The notes below the pieces were generated by a model, which did no database searches, was not told where the DNA came from, and worked only from the letters and a program-made list of their open reading frames with translations. 64,000 bases of DNA from an uncultured bacterium. Lineage in GTDB: Bacteria > Verrucomicrobiota > Verrucomicrobiia > Limisphaerales > UBA8199. Both the position numbers and the translations under genes were made by a program. The stretch is taken from positions 320,001-384,000 of the forward strand of contig CAVVMW010000015.1 of the NCBI GenBank assembly GCA_963749495.1, given 5' to 3'. Within the stretch, counting starts at the first letter, position 1. Each line of letters begins with the position of its first letter. This document shows positions 34,123 through 40,190 of this stretch, piece after piece.

Positions 34123-34900
34123 GTGCTGGAACTTGGCAAGGCCGGGGAGGATGATTCGGCTTCGGCCTCTTACGGGGTGACGTATTTCGATGGCCGGCAA
34201 TGGCACATGTTTTACATGGGCACGCCCCATGTCACTCTCGCCCCCGATTTCATCCCGGCGTTTCCTTACCTGACCATGAAGGCCTGCGGCCAGTCCCCAG
34301 AAGGCCCGTGGCAGAAACAACCGGCGGTGACGCCATTCCGCACCCGGCCCGGCACCTACTACTCCGCAACCGCCAGCCCCGGCCAGGTGATCCGGCAAGG
34401 CGGCGAATACCTGATGTTCTTCAGCGCCTCAACCGACCGCCCCATCAAACGCACCCTCAGCCTGGCCCGGACAAGAGACTTGAACGGCTCATGGACCATC
34501 GCTCCCGAGCCAATCGTACCGACGGATGAGCAGGTGGAGAACTCCTCCGTTTTCTACGACGACGAGAGCAAAACCTGGTTCCTGTTCACCAACCACGTGG
34601 GAATGGAGGATGGCTTGGAGTACACCGACGCCATCTGGGTTTATTGGAGCCGGGACCTCACCCGCTGGAATCGCGACCACAAGGCCGTGGTGCTAGACCG
34701 GACCAACTGCAAATGGTCGAAGCACATCGTTGGCCTCCCTTCGGTCGTCAGAGCCGGCAGACGGTTGGCGATTTTCTACGACGGGAACGGTTCGGCGAAA
34801 ATGCCGGGCGGTGTGAAGAGCCACATGGATCGCGACGTTGGCCTGGCGTGGCTGGACCTGCCGCTCATCCCACCGGCGGACCGGGCGGACGAGCCGCGGC
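34123..34900 (+). pseudogene. Five-bladed beta-propeller glycosidase (GH43/GH130-like) fragment
   Basis: [39 protein letters not shown]; no intact N-terminus. Confidence 0.55.
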
Positions 34901-34959
34901 CTCTCCCGCCATCACCGTGGCCAGCTACTACTTCGGCAACTACCATCCCTCGTTCGATT

Positions 34960-36347
34960 CGGCGATCGGGTTTGAACTGGGTACGGGCGACACGCCCGGG
35001 ATGACCCAGGTCCTGGCTCCGCTTGACCGGATCGGCCCGCGGGACTGGCACGAGGTCATCTGCCGCTATGACGGGACCCGGCTCCAGATGTTCGTGGATG
35101 GCGTGCTGATGAGCGAGGCCTTCCCGGCAGGCCCGTTGCGGGAAGGCAACACCGAGCCGTGCCTCATCGGGGCCGAATCCATCGGCGGCCGCATCAACTC
35201 GGCCTGGAAGGGGCTGATCGATCATGTCGCTCTCTGGAACCGGGCGTTGTCCGATGCCCAAATCGAAAGGCTCAGCGGCGGGGCGGCGCGGATCGCCGCG
35301 CTCGAGGCTGCCTACTGGGGAGAGGCCCCGGTATTGCCGCCGGCGGCAGACCTCTACCGGGAAAAGTGCCGCCCCCAGTTCCACTTCACCGCCCGCCAGT
35401 GGACGCTGCGCAAGCTGAACCCAGGCGCACGCGAGGAAGGCTGGCTCAACGACCCCAACGGGCTCATCTACCTGGATGGCGAGTACCACCTTTTCGCGCA
35501 GCGTTGGAACAAGTGCTGGATCCACGCCGTCAGCACCAACCTGGTCCATTGGACCGAGTTGCGGCCCGCTTTCCGGGAAGACCACCGGTTCGGCGGCGGC
35601 GTCCAATCCGGGGGCTCGGTCCTGGACCGGCAGAACAGCTGGGCCTCTCACCGGACCCAAAGACACCGCCGCTGGTGGCCTTCTGGAGTGGCAACGACAA
35701 CCGCAGCACCTGCATCTCCTACAGCCTGGACAAGGGGCGGACCTGGACCAAGTACGACAAGAACCCGGTCCTGGGGTGACATTGCCGGGCAGTCAGGCCG
35801 GCGCATCCAGATCGCCTGGATGCGCGACGGCAAGTACCCCGACATGCCCTTCAACCAGCAGATGACCTTCCCCTGCAACCTGACGCTGCGCACGCTGGGT
35901 GGTTCCCTGCACCTGTTCCGCAAGCCGGCGACCGAAATCGAGTTGCTCCATCGTCGGCAGCAGGTGTGGAAGGACCTCTCGCTGGCACCCGGCGAGACGC
36001 GGCCCTTGGAGGCGGCCGGTGACCTGCTCCACATCCTGGCCGACGTGGAGGTGCCCCGGGGAACCGCGCTGCATTTCCACATTCGGGGCACGACCGTGAC
36101 CGTGAGGGACAAGTCAGTGGCCTGTAATTCCAAGCCTGCCCCGGTGGCGAGCGGGGTGAGAACCGTGGAGATTCTCGTGGGCCGGACTTCGATCGAGACG
36201 TTCGCCAACGACGGCGAGACGTCCCTATCGGCGTGTTTCCTGCCGACGGACGATCGGCTGGTGGTAGAATGCGCCCAAGGTCCTGCGGCCATCCGCGCGC
36301 TGCGAGTGTTCGAGCTCAAGTCCATTTGGAAGCGCACCGGCCAGTGA
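34960..36347 (+). pseudogene. LamG plus GH32 (levanase/fructosidase) mosaic with frameshift and deletion
   Basis: [33 protein letters not shown] (shifted frame), [21 protein letters not shown] motifs missing. Confidence 0.75.
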
Positions 36348-36392
36348 GGCTTCCATCAACTCATCCAGATATTTGAATTTAAGATATACTCA

Positions 36393-36440
36393 CCCCTAAA
36401 AATATAAGTGGACAAGATTAGGGGACTTGTGATAAGTATG
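36393..36440 (+). promoter_or_regulatory. Putative promoter with overlapping inverted-repeat operator
   Basis: AT-rich patch; TGGACA at 36409-36414 and TGATAAGT 15-17 nt later; CCCCTAA(36393-36399)/TTAGGGG(36418-36424) and ACAAG/CTTGT inverted repeats. Confidence 0.55.
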
Positions 36441-36451
36441 AGGCAAGTTCG

Positions 36452-36622
36452 ATGAAAACCTGCATGAACACATTAATCTCGATTCGGCCGATGACGCCGG
36501 TCGCGCAAGCGACACGTCATAGCTGGTCCAGCCGAGGCACTATGTTCAGCCTCGGCCTATCCAGGGCGTATCGTGGGCAGAAGCCCGAAGCCAACCCGGA
36601 TAGATTCAAGGTGAGCAGGTAA
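36452..36622 (+). CDS. Putative 56-aa leader peptide (MKTCMNTLISIRPMTPVAQATRHSWSSRGTMFSLGLSRAYRGQKPEANPDRFKVSR)
   Basis: GAGG 8 nt before ATG; stop 23 nt before the terminator; last codons complementary to the terminator 5' arm. Confidence 0.65.
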   Translation: MKTCMNTLISIRPMTPVAQATRHSWSSRGTMFSLGLSRAYRGQKPEANPDRFKVSR

Positions 36623-36645
36623 CCGAACATCATAGGATTTTCAGA

Positions 36646-36681
36646 CCCTGCTTACCGAAATGGAAGCAGGGTTTTTTGTTT
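36646..36681 (+). terminator. Intrinsic terminator/attenuator upstream of the tRNA array
   Basis: CCCTGCTT-accgaaatgg-AAGCAGGG followed by TTTTTTGTTT. Confidence 0.88.
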
Positions 36682-36782
36682 ACCCGTGCAGCACTGAAAA
36701 GAAGCACCACTCGACAACGAAAGGCAGCGCACTGTGAGAAGAATGAAACCGACGTCTTGATGATGTCACCGGGCACACTTAA

Positions 36783-36881
36783 ATGCGGAATTCGGAATGC
36801 GGAGTGCGGAATGAAGCCCAGAATGGGGCCGCCGCTGCCGTTCGCGCGCCACTCTGCACTCCGCACTCCGAACTCCGCACT
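36783..36881. repeat. Inverted heptamer-repeat element (TGCGGA(A/G) ... (C/T)TCCGCA); other copies 38851-38882, 39730-39827, 40351-40381
   Basis: Tandem 7-mers facing their reverse complements. Confidence 0.8.
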
Positions 36882-36884
36882 CAG

Positions 36885-37008
36885 ATGGGCCGGATTTTAC
36901 AATCTAAGGGCTTTCCAGGAGGTGTGCCCCCAAACACCGAAAGAACCACCGTGAAACCGTGGGTTGGTATCGCAAGATAGCAAGAGGTGTTTGTTCTTTG
37001 TTCGCCAT
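36885..37008 (+). ncRNA. Candidate structured leader RNA of unknown class
   Basis: Closing ATGG...CCAT, CAAACACC/GGTGTTTG helix enclosing AACCAC/GTGGGTT and TATC-GCAA-GATA hairpins. Confidence 0.45.
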
Positions 37009-37013
37009 TTCAC

Positions 37014-37086
37014 TGCGGGGAGAATGAGATTCAGGCGAGGCCCATAACCTCAGCTTCCGTGGGCGCGACTCCCACCCCCGCTACCA
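37014..37086 (+). tRNA. tRNA-Met(CAT), atypical, unpaired 1:72 (initiator-like)
   Basis: GCGGGG/CCCCGC acceptor, GAGG-ccCATaa-CCTC, GTGGG/CCCAC T stem, encoded CCA. Confidence 0.8.
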
Positions 37087-37158
37087 GCCTTCGCTCGAAG
37101 CCGGTCTGAGAGTGAGGCTGCCGCGCCGTAGCGAAGCGAAGGCGGGCCGTACCTTCGC

Positions 37159-37870
37159 TTCGACCTGGAACATCCGTGGGAAGGCGACGTGGGCGAGGTT
37201 CTCGCCGCAGCGGAGCTTGAATCCACGGAGTTCGACGAAGCGCTGGGGACCATCGGCGGCGGCAATCACTTCGCTGAATTGCAGCAGGTTGAGGTGGTCC
37301 TGGACGCCGCAACATTCAGGCGATTGGGCCTGGGCAAACAGCAACTGGTGGTCCTGGTCCACAGCGGTTCGCGCGGTCTGGGCGAATCGGTCCTGCGCGC
37401 ACACGCGGAAGAGCACCAGGCCCAAGGCTCCGATGCCGAGTCGTTTGCGGCTGCGGCATATCTGCGAGACCATGACCTGGCCCTGCGGTGGGCCAAGGCC
37501 AATCGGGCACTCATCGCGCGACGATTCGTCGAGGCGCTGGGAGCTGAGGCCGAGTGCCTCTGGGACGGCTGCCACAACAGCATCACTCGCGTCCCCTCAC
37601 CCGGCCTTGCGGCCACCCTCTCCCCATCCGATGGGGAGAGGGACGGGGTGAGGGGCAGCCCTGGCGAGACGGTCTGGGTGCATCGCAGGGGTGCCGTGGC
37701 AGCCGAAGGTGAGCCGGTGATGATCCCAGGTTCCCGCGGAGCGCTCAGCTACCTGGTGAAGCCAATCGGGGATGGCACGAGCCATGCCTGGTCGTTGGCC
37801 CACGGTGCCGGCCGCAAATCGGGCTCGGAGCGAGACCCGCCTGCGCATGCGCGAGCGCTTTGGCCCGTCC
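37159..37870 (+). pseudogene. rtcB: RtcB-family RNA ligase (RtcB2/PrfH-associated type); N-terminus missing, frameshift near 37819, C-terminus missing
   Basis: GTIGGGNHFAELQ, LVHSGSRGLG, CHNS, HRRGA, IPGSRG, SLAHGAGRK; shifted frame continues ARSETRLRMRERF. Confidence 0.88.
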
Positions 37871-37895
37871 TCCGTAGCAGCACTGCGGAGGGTGG

Positions 37896-37952
37896 ACAGC
37901 ATCTCCGCCTGTGAAGCGGACGGTCCGGGTGCGAATCCCGGCTTCCTGACCA
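37896..37952 (+). tRNA. tRNA-His(GTG), 5' end lost (pseudo)
   Basis: TCCGC-ctGTGaa-GCGGA, CCGGG/CCCGG T stem, CTTCCTGACCA end; no matching 5' acceptor strand. Confidence 0.75.
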
Positions 37953-37959
37953 ATTTCGA

Positions 37960-38034
37960 TGGGCCGAAGTCCGCAGATTATCCTCCACCAGGAAGGCAAC
38001 ACCGCGGGCGGGTGGGCAACCACCCGCCCGCTCA
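37960..38034 (+). ncRNA. Candidate small structured RNA (Y-RNA-like 5' strand)
   Basis: TGGGCCGAAG start; 12-bp GCGGGCGGGTGG-GCAA-CCACCCGCCCGC hairpin. Confidence 0.35.
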
Positions 38035-38043
38035 GTTCAAAAT

Positions 38044-38117
38044 GTCCCGTTGGCCGAGCAGCCAGGCAGCGGTCTGCAAAACCGCGCAGGTGAGTGCGAC
38101 CCTCACACGGGACTCCA
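38044..38117 (+). tRNA. tRNA-Cys(GCA)
   Basis: GTCCCGT/ACGGGAC, GCGGT-ctGCAaa-ACCGC, U73, CCA. Confidence 0.88.
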
Positions 38118-38162
38118 GCCTTCGCTCTTCGAGCTGCGGCTCGGCGGGCGATTTCATTTTCT

Positions 38163-38237
38163 CGAGCATAGGTGTTGAGAGATACACGCCTGCCTTCCGA
38201 GCAGGGGTACACGGCGCGATACCGTGATGCTCGACCA
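38163..38237 (+). tRNA. tRNA-Gly(TCC), atypical (A73)
   Basis: CGAGCAT/ATGCTCG, CCTGC-ctTCCga-GCAGG, CCA. Confidence 0.82.
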
Positions 38238-38245
38238 TTCCCTTT

Positions 38246-38326
38246 TCCCCAGTTGAACCTGGTTTGCCGGCAGAGACCTCGCACGGTCGAAGTAATGGCC
38301 GGATGCCGGGTTCAGTGCGTTGGGGA
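38246..38326 (+). ncRNA. Candidate rod-shaped RNA of unknown class
   Basis: TCCCCA/TGGGGA, TGAACCTGG/CCGGGTTCA, CCGG/CCGG and GACC/GGTC nested helices between two tRNAs. Confidence 0.5.
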
Positions 38327-38332
38327 GCTTTC

Positions 38333-38407
38333 CAGAGCGTAGCCTAAAAGTGAGGCGCCTGCTTCGGGCGCAGGACCAAGAGGGAGCGTTACCCTCCGCT
38401 CTGACCA
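38333..38407 (+). tRNA. tRNA-Pro(CGG)
   Basis: CAGAGCG/CGCTCTG, CCTGC-ttCGGgc-GCAGG, CCA. Confidence 0.85.
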
Positions 38408-38446
38408 GCCTTCGCTCTCCGAGCTTCGGCTCGGCGGGCCACTTCA

Positions 38447-38525
38447 CGCGACGCGAACACCGGTGCCGGCGAGGACCCTCACAGGCCTGGCTGCGGCGGT
38501 TCAACTCCGCCTTCGTGTCGCGGCC
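38447..38525 (+). ncRNA. Irregular tRNA-like RNA with TCA at the anticodon position
   Basis: 11-bp closing stem, minimal D arm, AGGAC-ccTCAca-GGCCT, canonical GGCGG-TTCAACT-CCGCC T arm, ends GCC. Confidence 0.6.
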
Positions 38526-38599
38526 GGGTTGCAAGCATTGCAGCGATGCAGCGGTCTCTTAAACCGCAGAGCACGGGGCAGCACCGTGGCGACCCACCA
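38526..38599 (+). tRNA. tRNA-Lys(CTT)
   Basis: GGGTTGC/GCGACCC, GCGGT-ctCTTaa-ACCGC, CCA. Confidence 0.86.
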
Positions 38600-38707
38600 G
38601 CCTTCGCCACCTGCACTGCGGGTGGCGAGGGCTGCCGCGCCGTAGCACGTCAGTGCGTAGGCGGGCATTTCACCTGCTGGCGGCTTCGGCTTGGAAGGCC
38701 ATTTCCT

Positions 38708-38802
38708 GCCGGCGTGGCTCAGCAGCGACAGCAGTCCCGCAGTGCGGGATAAACTGCCGGGCAGTCTGCCCCACGGGGGTGCGAGTCCCCCCGCCGGCCC
38801 CA
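38708..38802 (+). tRNA. tRNA-Thr-like with palindromic or disrupted anticodon arm and long variable region
   Basis: GCCGGCG/CGCCGGC-C-CCA, D arm, GGGGG/CCCCC T stem; TCCCGC-AGT-GCGGGA in the anticodon region. Confidence 0.6.
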
Positions 38803-38888
38803 TTTCTCAAATGAATGATTTAAAATGGGGGACGAAGAACGGAAGGGCGTCATTCTGCACTCTACATTCCGCACTCTGCATTTAGAAG

Positions 38889-38965
38889 GCTCCCGCAGCT
38901 CAAAATATCAGAGCGGGCGGCTTCGAACCGCCAGGCTGCAGGTGGGATTCCTGCCGGGAGTGCCA
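38889..38965 (+). tRNA. tRNA-Arg(TCG)
   Basis: GCTCCCG/CGGGAGT, GGCGG-ctTCGaa-CCGCC, GCCA. Confidence 0.86.
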
Positions 38966-38974
38966 TTTCCGATA

Positions 38975-39058
38975 GGGCATGTGGTTCAACCCGAATAGAA
39001 GAGGGTCCAGATTCAGAATCTGGCAGCCTTGGGGGTGCAAGTCCCTCCATGCCCACCA
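38975..39058 (+). tRNA. tRNA-Leu(CAG), atypical
   Basis: GGGCATG/CATGCCC, CCAGA-ttCAGaa-TCTGG, ACCA. Confidence 0.82.
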
Positions 39059-39169
39059 GTCTTCGCCCGTTGTGCCGCGGCGGGCGAAGACTGCCGCGCC
39101 GTAGCGCGGAGCGCGAAGGCGGGCGATTACCCTCCGAGACCCGGGCTACGACTTGGCAGGCGATTTTCA

Positions 39170-39254
39170 CGGCGCCTCGCCGCAGAGGGAATAGCAGACC
39201 CCAGCGACTTAAGATCGCTGAGCCTTCCGGGTGCTAGTCCCGGGGCGCCGACCA
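39170..39254 (+). tRNA. tRNA-Leu(TAA), atypical
   Basis: CGGCGCC/GGCGCCG, AGCGA-ctTAAga-TCGCT, ACCA. Confidence 0.82.
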
Positions 39255-39285
39255 ACCTTCCTGTCCGAGCTATGGCTCGGCGAGG

Positions 39286-39369
39286 CGGCGTGTGGTTCAC
39301 CGGGAATAGCAGACCGGTTCGGCTCAAACCCGAACAGCCTTGGGAGTGCGAGTCTCCCCACGCCGACCA
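39286..39369 (+). tRNA. tRNA-Leu(CAA), atypical
   Basis: CGGCGTG/CACGCCG, TTCGG-ctCAAac-CCGAA, ACCA. Confidence 0.82.
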
Positions 39370-39407
39370 GCCTTCGCGCTACGCGCTACGGCTCGGCAGA
39401 CCATTTT

Positions 39408-39479
39408 GCCTCCTTGCGGCAGCCCGCAGGCTCGTTTTGTAAGCAAGCCAGGCCGGGGTAGCACCGGCAGGAGGCCCCA
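39408..39479 (+). tRNA. tRNA-Thr(TGT), atypical (short D loop, extended imperfect anticodon stem, C73)
   Basis: GCCTCCT/AGGAGGC-C-CCA, ttTGTaa loop. Confidence 0.75.
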
Positions 39480-39488
39480 GATCTTTCA

Positions 39489-39564
39489 GCTCGCGTGGTC
39501 CAACAGAAGAGACACGACGTTGAGAGCGTCGGCAGTGCAGGTGCGAATCCTGCCGCGAGCACCA
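39489..39564 (+). tRNA. tRNA-Leu(GAG), short variable loop
   Basis: GCTCGCG/CGCGAGC, CGACG-ttGAGag-CGTCG, ACCA. Confidence 0.84.
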
Positions 39565-39568
39565 TTTC

Positions 39569-39642
39569 GGCCTGCAAGCATTAAAGTGATGCAACCGACT
39601 TTTAATCGGTTGAACAGGGAGCGTTACCCTGGCGGGCCACCA
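39569..39642 (+). tRNA. tRNA-Lys(TTT)
   Basis: GGCCTGC/GCGGGCC, ACCGA-ctTTTaa-TCGGT, ACCA. Confidence 0.87.
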
Positions 39643-39649
39643 CTTTCGT

Positions 39650-39723
39650 TGCCGGGTCGTCTAACAGCAGGACACCGCCCTTTGAAGGCGGCCATGGTGG
39701 TGCGAGTCCATCCCCGGCAGCCA
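39650..39723 (+). tRNA. tRNA-Gln(TTG)
   Basis: TGCCGGG/CCCGGCA, CCGCC-ctTTGaa-GGCGG, GCCA. Confidence 0.87.
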
Positions 39724-39832
39724 TTCTCAGTGCGGAGTGCAGAGTGGGGAGTGCGGAATGGAGACGTGCGCGCGAGTGGTTCTCGGTTCCTCGGGCACTC
39801 CGCACTCCGCATTCTGCATTCCGCATTCAGAA

Positions 39833-39906
39833 CGCTCGGTGCTGAAACAGGATCACATCTGGCTTACACCCAGAAATCGGAGAGGCAGCACCTCCCCGAG
39901 CGACCA
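39833..39906 (+). tRNA. tRNA-Val(TAC)
   Basis: CGCTCGG/CCGAGCG, TCTGG-ctTACac-CCAGA, ACCA. Confidence 0.82.
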
Positions 39907-39975
39907 GCCTTCGCCTGCCGGCTACGGCTCGGCGGGCCAATTGCTTGCCGCACGATAGCGCAAAGCGCGACGGCG

Positions 39976-40050
39976 GGCCTCGTGGTGTAATCAGGAGCGC
40001 GCCGGTCTCTGAAACCGAAGGACTCGGAGCAAAACCGGGCGAGGCAGCCA
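39976..40050 (+). tRNA. tRNA-Gln(CTG)
   Basis: GCCTCG/CGAGGC, CGGT-ctCTGaa-ACCG, GCCA. Confidence 0.82.
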
Positions 40051-40190
40051 TACTTCAAAGGCTGAAGGCTGAAGGCTGAAGGCTAAAGTCCTCAACAAAG
40101 AACAAACACCTTGGGCAGATGAAGGGCCACGAGGGAAGGCCGGCCGCAGCGCCCTTCCGGTCCTCGTCCCTCGACCCTCGACCCTTTTTT

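Noticed and set aside
38246..38326. SRP (4.5S) RNA
   Set aside because: Lacks the conserved CAGG...GGAA...AGCAG domain IV signature
38447..38525. Canonical tRNA-Sec (selC)
   Set aside because: No long variable arm, no extended D stem, no CCA, and no selA/selB/selD in the window; kept only as an irregular tRNA-like RNA
37087..39940. Regularly recurring repeats suggesting a CRISPR array
   Set aside because: Repeats are degenerate and variable in length, the intervening sequences are tRNAs, and no cas genes are present
38032..40058. ORF-track ORFs across the tRNA array (e.g. 39340..39990)
   Set aside because: They overlap clear tRNA cloverleaves and repeats and have no protein motifs
40059..40086. 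(GCTGAAG)n as a contingency locus
   Set aside because: Intergenic heptamer tract like the other dispersed heptamer repeats; not in a CDS or evident promoter
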